A DNA stretch of 64,000 nt from Raillietiella orientalis. Lineage: Eukaryota. The position numbers and the translations under genes were made by a program. The stretch is taken from positions 682,001 to 746,000 of the forward strand of contig JAYWIR010000056.1 of NCBI GenBank assembly GCA_036172245.1. Direction: 5' to 3'. The notes under the pieces were generated by a model. The model ran no database searches, was not told where the DNA came from, and worked only from the letters and a program-made list of their open reading frames with translations. Shown here piece by piece: positions 24,684-38,072 of this stretch; position 1 is the stretch's first letter, and each line of letters opens with the position of its first letter.

Positions 24684-26159
24684 CCTGGACGCTGAACGAG
24701 GCCTCTTTCCCGGGCTGCCTGCTGCGGAGCCGAGCGACCCAGAGACGCACGTCCCATCCCCCCCCTCTCTCGGAAGAATAAACTGCTCAGATGAGGCATG
24801 GTCCAGGGGGATACGGGGGACGGTCTTCACCACGCCTCTGTCCCTTCCGCGTGCTGCCGCCTGACGTTGGTTCGACTCGGGAGCCACCCTCCCACGGGAA
24901 AGCGAGGTCAGGGACACGCGGTCGGCGAGGTTCCAGGCCCTGCCTATCCGCAGCGAGGACCCTCAGTGGACCCATAGAGACCATGGAAAGGAAGGCAGCT
25001 CCGCGGAGGACTGATCACGCTGTCCCTCCCTCCCTCTGCCTCCGAGGTCAGAGCTGGCTCTGGTTTGTCCGACCCAGTCTCTGTGGACGTACCTCCTCTT
25101 CTCCATGGAGAACGAGGCTCCTCCGCCCTCCTCGGGTGACCCGGAAGGGCAAGGCAGAGGTAACGTCATCCCGGAAGCGGGCAGCACCGAGGATCCAAGT
25201 CCCGTCCCTTCGGAGAGGGACATCCCTTCGAGAAGACCATCAGTGGCGCCCGTGAGTCATCGGAACGAAGACGCGGCTCGGGGTGGAGAAGCCAGGTGGC
25301 CCCCTCGAAAGTCGACGGCCGCTCTTGGCACTCGCTGACGTCCACCCCCGCACCGCGGCGGATAGCGGCGGCGCTCCAATCGTCACTACCTCGGCTTGCT
25401 CTTCGAGTTACGCATCCCTGGTAGATGCGTAACGGGTGGGATGACCCCACCCCCTGCAGAGAAAACGAACGGCGTCAGTGGCAATTTCTCGCACAGGGTG
25501 GGCCAGGCCCTTGCGCTTCCTACTCCTTCGCGAGGTCAGAGGGGGTCATCGCGTTTCCTCGGCAACGCAGCTCCTGCCGCTCTGGGATAAAAGTTACGGC
25601 TGCGGACAGATCGTGGGCACAAGCCGGTGCAGCGGTGGCGGCGCGGTCGGCACCAACGCTGCACGGTGGTGGTCATCTCCCCTAAGGGCGAGTCGCCATC
25701 ACCGGCTAAGAGGTCCAGGGGTCATGCCGGTGGCTCTGAGCAGGGCTTGTGGTCCGGAGGACCACTGGGAACCGCATGGGCAGTGCTGCCGATAAGGGAT
25801 CTGATGCTCTTTGGGGGGGGGGGGACCCACCAAAGGCACCAGTGGAACGGGCAGGACACTCGCAGTGGCAGCTGTCCCTCGAAAGACATGGGGAATATAG
25901 GGAGGGGGGAAGGGGGAAGGGGGAGGAAGATGGAACGCTTCGGGTTGGTTGGGCTGGCAGCAGCAGCCGACCTGCACAGAGGAAGGAGGCGGCCTCAGCT
26001 CAGCTGAGCGTCCTCACGGCAGCTGCCAAAGGTCGGGGGAAGAAAGCGCGGATCCCCGAGGGTCGCGTTGCAAGGAGGTCCGCGCTGAGGTCCGGCGAGC
26101 GAGCGGACGATGAGACAATTCCCCTTGGGTTTCTCTTCCTGGTTCATCCCGCTTTCCTT

Positions 26160-26912
26160 CCAGTTTTTTGCTTTTTTCCTTTTTCTGATACTCGAGGAGT
26201 GCTGAAAAACCATCGCCTCCTAGCCGGGCTCACGAAGCTCTCGAACCACCGTCCACGCCGCCCGAGGGTGCGTGAGCCTCCTCCAGTTATCGGGGGAAAC
26301 CCCGGAGGGACCAATCCATGAATTCAGGAAGGTCCTGGAGGAAAGAGTCCCTTTCTCTCATTCTTGGGAGGGAACCCTCGCCGTGGTTGTCTTCGAAGGG
26401 AACCCAGAAAGGATCTGCTCCTGTAATTTCCATTCCGGAGGGACCTCCCTCAAGGGAACCTCTCCTTGTTACTTCTCTGAAGAGAACCCCAAAGGGAGCT
26501 TCCTGGTTTCTCCGAAGTGCGCTTCTGACACTCTGGAGAGGCAACTCCCCGCGGGGGAGTATCAATCAGCTTCATGATACGCAATGATAGGTCACCCCCA
26601 AGATGGGACGACTCCATTTTCACAACCGGAGGGAAACCCTGAAGAACTCCTTGATTCCCTGAAGGACTCCGAGGGTCAACTTCCAATCCCGGCCAGTCAA
26701 TGGAGTCATCCGGTTTCGAGTTGCTTCCACCAGTGCCACCGCACCCGAAGCCTACAGGACAATCAGCGTCATCTTGCGGGAGGGGTTCGAAACCCGCGAC
26801 GCACCCCCCGCTCCCGGCATTGACCCTTCCTAGGGCGGGATTCGAACCCGCGACGCTCGGTCCGTGTTGTGGCCACGTGGCGCGGAGATCGCAGCCACTC
26901 AGCCACCAGCGC
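26160..26912 (-). mobile_element. Long tRNA-derived SINE, copy 1
   Basis: Minus-strand head with A-box TGGCTGAGTGG (26905-26895) and B-box GGTTCGAATCC (about 26848-26838); A-rich tail at the left end; body collinear with the copies at 37.3-38.1 kb and 51.4-52.1 kb. Ends approximate. Confidence 0.8.
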
Positions 26913-29041
26913 GGGCCCACACGAGTGCGAAGGTCAAAAGTCGGAGGAGGAAGGAAGGTGAAAGGTCGAGAAGCGAAAGAAACGGACAGCGGATGCGCAG
27001 GGTCGTTGATTCTTGCTGAGCCCCTGCCTCACCCTTCACGGTACCCTGCACCCCGTAACGAGACCGAAAAAAAAGAATGATCTCGTGACCTCCAAAGAAT
27101 TTGCACTTGAGACCCCGGCACCCGTCTGGTGATGACAGGAACTCGTTGCCATGGAATCAGTGCTTTTTCTTTGTAGTTGTTTGGTGCTTCTAAACTTTTT
27201 TGAGAGGAATCGACTCTCTCCATCAGGATAAAAAGATAAACTGGGACACGAAGCGGGAACAAGGACGCTGGGGTATTACTCGCATCTCCCCGTTCACTCC
27301 GGTGCATCCAGGAGAAGAAAGCCTTCTGAGAAACGAGCGTTTTATGAGCCAGGAAATGCTGCAGCCCCAAAGAGAAAGTCAAGTCCAAGACGTAAAAGCA
27401 CCGCCCCTCCGTGGAACTCGAAACATTAAAGACAAGGACGTTAGCTCAGGAAGCTGGATAGGCGGATAAACTCTCGGGAGGATCGAAGCTACAACGGCAC
27501 GGTCCGGTCGTGCAGAAAGCGAACTCTCGAGGAAACGCAGAGCGAGGTAGCTTCTTCCAGAGATCCGTCTCCCCAAACAAAAGCCTCACATCCCTCCCTC
27601 GCGATGTCCTCATTGCTCCTAGACATTCGGCAGTTATCCCTCCATCGGCAAGTCATGTTTTAAAGAGCTCCTCGAAGAAGGTTACGACTTCATTACCCAG
27701 TCTTGCTTTCCATTTGAGGAATGCGGATGCTGCCTAAATTTCTCATTTTAAGGACTACCTATTTCCGAAAAGGGGATTCTCAAGAGAGATAATTTCTAGT
27801 GCCTTCTTCTTGATGGAAAATCATCAAAAGACTTCATGTGTTCTGAGGATAATGTGATGAGGCTCTCAGGTGAATGCTCTTTGAATGCTTTCTAGGGTGT
27901 GGATGAGATCGCTCGTAGGAGAAGCCAACCCTCTGCCACGCAAAACCCGATTTTCCATGCAGCCACTTTTCGCAAAGAGCCCACATTCGGAAAACACCAG
28001 TTCCATAATAAATAAGTGGACGCGAACAAACAAAAGTTCTTGTAAACAGCACCTCCTTCTCGAAAAAGGGAAGAGCTATAAAACCAATCTGTTCTATCCC
28101 TATTAAGGATTCTTGCATATTTTCTTTTTGTTCTGCTTCTCCTTTGTTTTTGTGTTTAGTAAGTACGTGGGCCACCCCAGTCCTTATGGCGAGTCATTAA
28201 TTTTTCAGTCTCAGTTTTACCTATGCACTGGATCTCATGATCCCGAAATCCTGAATTTGCCGAGAATATAGAGGCAACTAAGAATAAAAGTTCACGAAAG
28301 CTTATTCTGGTTTGGAATCGTACTCGCTTCAGCTGTACATATACAAAACAATTGTCCACAACATAAATAAATAAATAAGAATATTCTTAAAAGCTTCTTG
28401 CACGAGAAATGAAAGGTGTGTTCTACGTGAATACCTTTGGATCTGCAACTATTTTCTATTTTGGCCGTTTGATCAGCATTTTGTGAAAACGGATGTCGCA
28501 AATGCTCTAAAGACTCTTAATGCCTTTCAGAAATAAATCGCCTTTCAGCAAACTTTTCTGAATAAGTATATGATCGGCAGATATAAATTACAGGTGTGTT
28601 TGTCAGGAGAAGACGTTTTTTATACAGCTGATTTTAACAAATATAGACCCGTTCATAGAAATCGCGTTTGCTGTTCCAACCACATGAGCATTTCTTTAGT
28701 TTCAAAAACCAAATTTATAAGACCGAAAGAGATCAGTAAACTTTTGCCTTGGGACACCTTTATCACGAAAATATGCACTTTTCCGCTCATGATCTGTAAC
28801 ATTTACTATTGGATCCCCTCTATGAAAACAGAAAGCTTCTTTATTTTCTGTGAACAATATACAGTTGATTGTTCTAAGAAGCCACTGTAGATTCAGATAT
28901 TATTTCACTATTGTTTTGTTCTTAGAAATGCAGGTTAATAGATAGTGAATTTTTCCCACACCGAATCTTGGGGGTTTTCAAGAGGATCCTTGTGTTTCTC
29001 GGATAGACTCATCCCCGCGTTCTCCGTATGCTTTGGGACTG

Positions 29042-29063
29042 ATATATATATATATATATATAT
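29042..29063. repeat. (AT)n microsatellite
   Basis: Seen directly. Confidence 0.95.
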
Positions 29064-29666
29064 GCATTTCAATATGCTTGTGTTCTCCTTCTTCATGAGT
29101 TAACGAATTGCTCCACCACGTATGGAAGAGTCTAAACAAAATGAGAATTTTCCCCATGTTTATGCAAATCTCTACAGAAGCTGGGGTCTCATTTTCTCCT
29201 GCTGTTCATGACATTTCAAAACAAATCATATTAATCTGCCTCCTTCGTTCAGTTCATTTGTGCTTGTACAAATAAAATTGACAAATTTAACAAGAGTCTA
29301 TTGATCGAATTCTCTTATTTTGGGATGATAATGAGAAGTATTTACTGTTTCAGTATGGTTTAGCTGTTGTATTGATCCATGCGTATATTGTGACATTAGT
29401 TTCATCACTGTTGACATTAGCAATGAATGTGGATAAGTATAATGGAGCGTTCAAGCTTTCCCTTGGAAAGCAGTTCATTCCATCCATAACCAAGCTGTAC
29501 TCATACTACATGCCGGACTTGTACCAGGAAAGTGATGGTCCACGTGGAGTTGGTCGTCAACGTTCCTCGGTTGAGTTGGCTACCCTTGCTGAACTCGTGG
29601 TGGAAACGTGCTGGTCGTGGGAAGGTTTCGCTTGTGTTGTGCAGCCTCTGCGAAGGACTATGAAAC

Positions 29667-32413
29667 ATGAAAAGTTTTCCTAGGTTTCTGCAAATATGTG
29701 AGCAGTACTTTTTCATCCCGGTTGTTGAAAGGCAACACGGCAATCACTTCGTGAAACGGTTCATGTTTTCCGCCTTTGGCAGCAGGATTTTGAAAAATAT
29801 TGAGACACTTTGGTGGGATTATTTATTTTTCAATAAGGAGTCTTTTTTCCCTGCTCATTATGATCCTGAGTGTACAGCGAAAGATTGGCAAGGTAAAGCG
29901 AAGCTTTTTGCAGTCTTATGCCATGCTTCTTCCAAAGAATGGCATAAAACTTCAAAATTTGCAAATTTAATATTGTTTATAAATTTACGAATCGTCTTGT
30001 TTGTAGTGTGTAGCCAGAAAAGTTCTCACCTAAGTTACTGATAATTACCTAGATGTATCTAATTCATGTGGCTTTATTTTCGAATAAGTGTAGTTATTTC
30101 ATTCTGAATTCTTGGTAGATCAGCTCTCTTTCGTGGTGTTAGTCTTGTTTGGACAGAATTATGATTAAAACATGCTTCTTGGTGTTCGTAGCGCAGGTTT
30201 GTTTCCTAATCTGAGGAATATCACCAGCCGACAAGCATTAATACCCAAGTGAAAATCTCATCGTTTTAAATTCTGGGATTCTAATTGTACTGTCAGAATT
30301 CTGAAGTGTTTCGCAAATAAACTTTTCCAGCCGCAGACAGTTGATCTTGTTCAGAAATTCAGTTTAGTCAAAGAATATGAAATGATTTAAAATTATGTGT
30401 TTAAAAAGTTACAAGCAACATGCTTTGTGTGCATAACTTCATCTTGGTTTTACCGTTTTTTTTTTTTTTAAAAAAAAAAATTGCATAAATAATTAGAGTT
30501 GCAAGTGGTTTTGAAACTCTCAACTTATATATGAGGTCAACCTTCAAAACAAGTAAGTTACCACATGAATGAGCATATGCTTGGAAACTACCATTGGCAA
30601 ATGTATTCATATCTCCTGTTTTCTTACCAAATTTTTTCATTTGTGAGGTGCATTACTAAATATCTTTCTAATCCTCTACTGATATACCAGTCTCAGAATG
30701 CCTGAATGCATGTGTGTTAATTGTAGAGCACTTTTTTTTCTGGTGTGCTTTTGTTCATGTGAGTGAGAAGGTTTCCACATAAAGCACAAGAGCATTGAGC
30801 TTCATATAACTTTTTACATAATTGCTTGCCTCACCAGAGGGTGTAAGTTATTGTTGTTAATTATGTTGCACTATGTTGTTAATATTATGTTGCGCCAAAT
30901 ACCCATATTCACAGTGTATCTGCATCAAGATATGATGAATGCGTGTATTAGCTAATTTTAATTTACCAACTGAAGTTATCTTCATTTCATAGTCACAGAT
31001 CGCAAAATTTATGGATAATATGAAACCATGAAAGAATAAAAGGAGGTAAATAACTCAATGTATTCAGTTAATTTAAGTATAGAAAAATGAAAATAAGGAA
31101 ACTTGAGCATTTTATTAAATCTTAGTGTTTCTGTTTCTGTTGCATGTTTATATTTTAAGTGCATCAGGGAACATCACGGAAATGTATTACAGAATGATTG
31201 TCAGGAGTGTTTTATGATTGCTTGGTAATTTTGAATGAGTAGCAAACTCTCTGTTAAACTTGGGAGTTTTTGATGAAAGAATACCATTATTCACTCAGGA
31301 ATTCTTACAATCTTCAATGAAGTTCAGTCTCTTGTTTTGTCGACTCTTCCTTTTGGAATTATGACTAAAAATCAGTTGAAAGTCGTCTCACCGAACATTT
31401 CGATGTATTCAGGCAGTACCGCTGATGAAGAAAAGTGGCCTTTACTTTTAAAACCATCATTGAGATCTAATCTCTGTGTGTATTTTTGTTCAAATTCTAA
31501 TAGCTCTCTCAAGTGGTTTCATCATTGGCAAAGTCAAAGATATTTTTGGTGGAGAAAGGTTGGCTAATTTATTCAAGATGTCAATAATGAAATTGTCTAT
31601 TAGCTGGCATCAGATCCTTCTGAATTCACTTTGAGTCCATGTACAACACTTGATGAGGAACAACAGTGTGCAGTACAAGTCAAAATGCCATGGGGACTTG
31701 AATCAATAGAGAACTTTTCTCTCATTGATTCTGTGCAATTGCAAAAGCATTTAAGAGGATCAGCTGTTAATGTTCAGGTTACCAATGAATAGATAGAATT
31801 GTATCTGGAAAATTTGGTTTAGATAAAAGATAGCGATGGTTCAAAGATTCTTCCTTCAATTATTAAATGGGAATTTTGTTTAGAAACTGCTGTCTTAATT
31901 TTCTTGTGGAATTGTTTGAAAATCAACTCCACTTCCAGTATGCATTTGCACTTCAAGTTGGCTCCCTTTATTGCTGCAGTGGTCATGAAGAACAACTCTG
32001 GTAAAGAATATTTTCATTATTTTTTTATTTAGGTGTTTTTTTCGAACTAAAGATTCTGAATCATCCAACAGATTAACTAAGTTTGCCTTGTATTTTACAA
32101 AGGAATTGCGAGAAAATCGTACTCCAGTAGTACATCAGACTTCTTCTGGGAATTGGAATGATTTATTTCAGAGGCATGTAAGCACTTCAAGAGTGTAATA
32201 CGTTAATGTCATAATAGAAATGATATTCTAGGTATTCCATACACTATTATTTTGAGTGAAGACACCTTGACCACGGGTATTGCATCCTTGAGAAATCGAG
32301 ATACAACTTTGGAAGTAAGAAATGACATTAGTTTTAATGCTCTTTTATTTTTTGTTTGCATGTAGGAATACATTCATGTAGGAGACATTCTACAAAGATT
32401 GAGTGGTACCTGA
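29667..32413 (+). CDS. POLG2: Mitochondrial DNA polymerase gamma accessory subunit, 367 aa. Exons 29667-29892, 31299-31558, 31604-31777, 31823-32000, 32053-32173, 32218-32314, 32366-32413
   Basis: Motifs FSAFGSRILKNIETLWW, LPFGI, FWWRK|LASDPSEF, MPWGLESIE, LHFKLAP, NDILGIPYTIIL, GIASLRNRDTTLE|EYIH align with POLG2 as recalled. Phases are consistent (1104 nt); five introns of 44-52 nt plus a 1.4 kb first intron; intron 5 is GC-AG. Confidence 0.9.
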
Positions 32414-33249
32414 GTGGTGAAGAAAAGACCAGATCGCTTCTTTATGCAAGCCTTCACCATCTATCAAGATGTATTTGACAGAGATTATAGGAGGAAATTT
32501 CGATGCAGTCTCTTGTAGGTCATTTGGGGTCATCAGTCTTTGAGTGTTTGTAATGCTTACTGATGGATCCGTATTTTGTCCATTTGCATTTTCTGAATGT
32601 CAGAATGCAAGAAATACCCATCCATGTTGTTTGACACTTGGCACAATCACAGCAGAAGTAGTGGAAGAAGTCCCTGTTGTGTGTGCAGATTCAATTAGAA
32701 ATATATGGATATAAGATATTGTGTGAAAGCTTTCAGTGTCAGTTCTAACTCCTTTATTTTAAGACACTGTACAGCCCTTCAAGTGAAAGCATTTTTCCTA
32801 TAATCACTCTGTATTCATTTCTCGTGTTTATTGAGGCATGTGGAGAACCAAAAATGGAATGTACTGAAATGAAATCCGGAAGAAGTCAAGGGCTCAATAC
32901 GTTATTATTCCAGATGAACTTAGAAAGCAAATGTTACTTTGTGAGCATTCAGACATTTTGATTGAAACAGTTCTGCCTTTTTGTTTCGTTTCGCGCTTTC
33001 ATTCATTCGAAGAACATGAAATTGAAACCTTTTCGTTTTGTTTCGAAAGGAAATTTCACGAAAGAAAGCATCGTGCTGCGGTTTCTGTGTTGATGACTTT
33101 CTGTGGTATAAGTTTCAGTGTTAGAAAGAAAAGCTAATTTTATCCAAGTTACTAATTTTGTTTGTTAAACTATTTAACAAAATTAGCTTCTAAACGAAAG
33201 CTAATTTCATCCAATCCTAAACCAATTTTCAAAAAGCTGATTTTATTGC

Positions 33250-35850
33250 GTCACTTCCAATGAATCTGCCAACTGAGGCTCAAAACGAAACTCCAGGTAT
33301 ACCGGCCAGTTTCGCTTTGAGGCCGCATTCGATACAGACTTACCACTTCTTGGCATCTTTTTCTGGCCTTTTGCTTCACCGAGAAACGAAGAAGCTCTTG
33401 GCCGTCTGGCATGCGGTTCTGCCCCACTGCATGTTTGAGATGTGCACATTTTATGGGAATAGATGCAAGACCTGTGAGATTCAGCGTAAAGTTTCGTTTC
33501 GAAACGCCAAAAGGCGTGTGCACGAGCAGCTTTTATACCTCTGCGACCACGTGGGAGGTGTTTACTCACTGCAGACGACTCGTCTTGGGGATGGAAGAGT
33601 GGTTTTAGAAGACGTGGTTGAGGCGTGGTTTTCGTTGCGTTGATAGGAGCTCGTAGCTCCGATCTTTTGAAGTGTCCAGCATTTGGCGGTTGGCCCTGCG
33701 TGAGATTTGACCGCCGTGTGTACCGATTGCGGAGGATCTTCCCGAAGAATTCACATCCAGCTGCCGTAGATGTGAAACGTCCATGGCGGTGCTGCGCTTG
33801 ATGGTAACTGTGGGCCGTCTTCTTCCCGGATGGAGATCCCTAATCAGCTCCGTTTCGATCGCTTTCTCCGATTGAAACCATTCGGTTACGCAGCCTCATC
33901 GAGCATCTTGTGAGCACCTGTTGTGTTTACAGGAAGCCGTCTGCCATCGAGCAGATGACACACCGTTCGTTGCGATCGCGCGCAGGTAAGGCGTAGTGAT
34001 TTCCATGGAATTGGCTCAGCAAGGTGCAACGTGGGGGACCGTGGAAACGATTGGAATCCCTGCGGCCAGGTTCCCGTCAGGATTTCACCTTCCTAACGGA
34101 GCTACGACTCCCCCTTCCGATCGTGGTTAGCGTTGTCAGGCTCCCTGGAGTGATTTTTCGGGGTTTGTCGGTCTCGTACCCTGTGGGCTGTTTGCCGGCT
34201 CGTTGCGTTTTCGATTCTCCAGCAAGCATTTCTTCGCTTGTCGTCATGGTGTGTGCAGTGCGCCTCGTAGTCGACGTGCCCTTAGGTACTTTGCCTCGCG
34301 TCTCAACTTGGAAAGAGTCTTTGCCACTCAGAGGCGTGACGCCCCCAAACCTGCAGTGGTTTGCACGTTCTGTCTGTAAATGTCTGTGAACTCATTTTGC
34401 CGTGTAATGTCGAGGTGAGCGTGCTGACGTATAACCTTCCGCTCTGCTTACAGTTTGCTCGACGCGTTCAGACAGTCGCGGGTTCCGCAGGATTCAAATG
34501 CTCGTGGGTGTTTTCCACATTGCCATCGCCTCTGTGGTGACCTGACCCGAGGGCACATGGTTTGATCGTTGCGGATGATTGAACCGATAAGTTCAGGAGG
34601 CGAGTTTACGGTGTTTAGACGGAGAAAGTTGCACTTCCATGCGGCGCGGCCACCTGGTTCAGAACCATCACTAAAGTTCTTTAAAAGGTTGATGTTTAGG
34701 GTTTGACGCCAATATGAGTACTTCACCCTTCAAATTTCCTTAACGCGCTCTCCGAAATTGATCTTGAAACAGCATCGGAGTCGGTGAGTTCTGTAAACTG
34801 AAGAATAAAAAAAGATGGAAGCCCTCATCATCGTGGGAAATGTTGCTTCGCGCACCAAAGGATTTACGAGACTCCCATTCAGTCAGAAGGGCTGTCCTAT
34901 TTTTTTGTTCATCGGCCCCAAAAGATGGGATTTCTCTTTGATATCCCGTCTCGTAAGCGTCGAGTCAGACGGATGGTTCCATGGTACAGTGAGCACGTCG
35001 CAGCGATTTCGCGAACGCGTTTTCCCCTTTTTTAATATCGTCGGTTGCTTTGGGCTGTGTATGTGTTTGTAACTTCGAAACATTTAATTCGTTTGTCTTC
35101 CGCGTTACCGAAACAAAGACACCGAGTCTTCGTTTAACCAAAGTGAGCGGCCTTTGCTGCTTCAAGAACTGTTAAAACTTCTTTGAGTAGATTGCATCTA
35201 ATTCAAGGCTTAAACCCTCATTTTGTTTTTGTGCGTCATTTCGTTGTTTGCAGCTTTCAACCGTGCTCCAAACTGGGATGTCTGAATCCTCTGGGACGCG
35301 GCTGTCTCCAGCTGTTTGTCGTTGCACAACTCGCGTGAGCGGATCCATTTCCCTCATCGGACGTTGAGTACCATCACACACGGTGTTATGGGGAATTCCA
35401 TCTCGACTGAGAAGCTGGAGAAGGTTCCTGTGCAAGTGTTCCTGCAGTGAAGCGCGTTTCCTCGTAATTTTGGCTTCGCTTCCTCCTCCTCCCTCCGAAC
35501 CACACGGGATGTCTTCTTTCGGCGATGCAGCCACACCTGCCCTTAACGTGTTTGGTGTAGTTCGTAAGAGCAGTGAAGCCGCTGCTGCCCTCCCGTTGGG
35601 CTGGCTTTCGGCGTCAGGACCTCGCGGATTCGCTGCGGTGCGGTGTCTGCTTCTTCCTCTTCTCTTTCCGGGAGAGATCCTTCGCTCACGCTCGCTTCCG
35701 TGGACTTCCGTGGAGCGATCTCCCGGTCGCTCGACTCGCCGGGGAGAGCACGGACTGTGGCATTCCCCACCCCCCTCCGCACCGCCGCTTTGGTCAGCAA
35801 GGCTGCCGCTCACACTGCCGAGACATTCGCGTCATGGCTGTCGAAACGGC
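33250..35850 (-). mobile_element. Probable decayed Ty3/Gypsy LTR retrotransposon internal region
   Basis: Gag-like frame (35813-35172), knuckle-like RRWQCGKHP (about 34.5 kb), then RT-like VAE..K..VHTPFG (about 33.5 kb) in the expected order; no LTRs identified. Confidence 0.4.
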
Positions 35851-37329
35851 TGCTTCCTTCTCTGCGCACGCACTTGCGAAGCTCAGTCGGCAAGCCCTTC
35901 CATCCGATCAGGGATTTCCGGAGGTCTCTTCCTATAACTATGGACACTGGTTCGTCCTCTTCTGTCGCGCACCTTTTCTGAGGTCCAACGCATTCGTCGT
36001 GCTAGCGCGCTGCATCTGCCGTGTATTCAATCCAGAGTGCCTCTTCTGCAATGGTTCTCTCAGAACCCGATGGCAGCGGAAGTCCTCTTTTCCAGAAAGT
36101 CCGCAGGTCCCGAGGAAAAATCGCGTTTCTGAAAGATCCGCTGACGATGCCGGCGGCAGCTTCGAATTCGATCGAAAAATTTCCGTCTCGACTAACGCAC
36201 CGCGAAATTTTTCCGGATGGCAGCGTGGTTTTCTGCAAAATTTCGCAGCTCATGAACCTCACTTGGGTGACCCTTTTCTGATATCACTGTTTATGGACCG
36301 AGTAAAAAAAAAAAAAAAAAATCGTTTCCCGGAGCAATTTTTTCCTGATCATTTAACAGTTTTGTGGTCCTTTTGTAAGCAAGAGTTGCGACTACTTCGA
36401 GCCGTTACGCCTAATGGAGCAGCATCGGGCGACGAGTGCATCCGTTCCAACTCGTGACTCCGGAACGGGTTCTCGGTCACACTGGTCATTTAGCCGTGCG
36501 CAGGAAGAACCAGTCGTTTACATTGAATCGCAGGAACCCGAGGAAGGTGTCCTGGAAAACTGGCAGCGTTTCCATAGTGAGGAACAGACGAAGAACACCC
36601 GTGCTGCCTTGAAATGTATAGAAATCATCAAAGGCATGTTGCATAGCAACGAGTGGTGGAGCGCTATGATGGCGGTACCGAATAGTTTTTGCTCCATGAT
36701 GTGGACTCGTTCCGAGGCACCTTGAAGAATTCCTTCCAAAGGAGTTCCCTCGTCGGGAGGTGGATGGGAAACGGGCTATGGAAGAGATGCCAGGTGGTGC
36801 TGAGCGCCCCGTGAAGATTGCGTGCCGCGCGTGCTCTCTTCCTGCTGGGGCCCCTCAGATGTAGGCAAAAAAACACAATAGCGTGATGCGCGAGGCTCTG
36901 CACCAGAGTGACTCACGCCGGCCTCGGGGAGACCGGCTCCGCAAGAGCGAGGGGTCTGTGGTTATGGCTGCAGGCACTTCCAGTTGCCCTGTTCCTCCCG
37001 AAACTTCCTGCTTTGCGACCTAGCCTCCGGCCAGACTCTCGCAGTTCGTGACTTCCTGCCGGTGCTTCTTCCTCCGAACCCTGGCTTCCCTTAGGTGGCG
37101 ATGGCAGGCCCCAGTGCTACTGGATGGGGAGGTGGGGTTGGGGGGCACCAGGTGGCCGCGGTGAGGAACACCGTGCTCTTCTTTTCTGCCTCCTCGCCTG
37201 CTTGCCTTGCAGGCAGAAGTCAGCCGACTGCAAGCGGTGAACCGAAAATTCGGGATGATGCGAACAGAAGAATCCCTAAGGGTGGTGGGAATCCCTTTGG
37301 GTTCTTCCGTTCGCCCTGCTTCCCCCCCA

Positions 37330-38072
37330 GTTTTTTCTTTTTTTTGGTTCTCAGAGAGTGCTGAAGAACCGCTCTTCTCCTCAGGGGTTGTCCACGAAGC
37401 TCTTGAAGCACAGTCCAAGCCACCCCAGGGTGTGTGACTCAAGCTAGAGGGTACCTTGAAGGGACCACCCTATGAGTTTAGGATGGCTCCGAAGGAAGGA
37501 GTCCGTTCCTCTCACGCTTGGGAATCCTCGTCCTAGGTGTCTCTAAAAAGAACCCCTAAGGGAACCTGTTCATCCTCTCTGGAGGGACCCCTGGGGGGGT
37601 CACTTTCCATTTCTTTTCCGGAGGGAACCTGCAATAGAACTGCTCCTTGTTTCCTTCTCTGAAGAGAACTCCGAAGGGACGCTTCCCAATTTCTCTGAAG
37701 GGCGCTCCCAGAAGGGAGCAGCCCGCTTACACTCTGGAGAGGTCCACTAGGTCCATGGTGCGCGATGGATGAGGATCCCCACCCTACCTCGCCACGAAGA
37801 GGAAGACGGCTCACACCGGAGGGAACCTCGAAATGAACTCGCTCCTTGATTCCTGGAAGGACCCCGGAGGGTCAACTTCCAATTCTGGCCACTCCACTAG
37901 TGCATCCGGTTTCCAGGTTCCATCAGTGCCGCACCCGAAACCTACAGGCCAACCAGTATCAAGGAGGAACCAGAAACCCACGACGCATTCATTTCTCGGC
38001 GTTGATCCTTCCTCGTATGGGATTCGAATCCGCAATGCTTGGTGCCACGTGCGGAGAAAGCCACTCGGACAC
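37330..38072 (-). mobile_element. Long tRNA-derived SINE, copy 2
   Basis: Shares blocks GTGCTGAA, CACGAAGCTC, CTCTGAAGAGAAC, ACACTCTGGAGAGG, GAGGGTCAACTTCCAAT, GCACCCGAA and GGGATTCGAA with copy 1; T-run at the left end. Ends approximate. Confidence 0.8.

Noticed and set aside
26470..26520. Hammerhead ribozyme suggested by CTGAAGAG in the SINE body
   Set aside because: No correctly placed GAAA after a stem II in any of the three copies.
26830..26912. tRNA gene
   Set aside because: A and B boxes are present but I could not form a cloverleaf, and it is attached to a repeated body, so it is a SINE head.
29372..29683. Upstream cistron (GatC-like) ahead of POLG2
   Set aside because: The ORF shows no GatC similarity and starts at a non-ATG codon.
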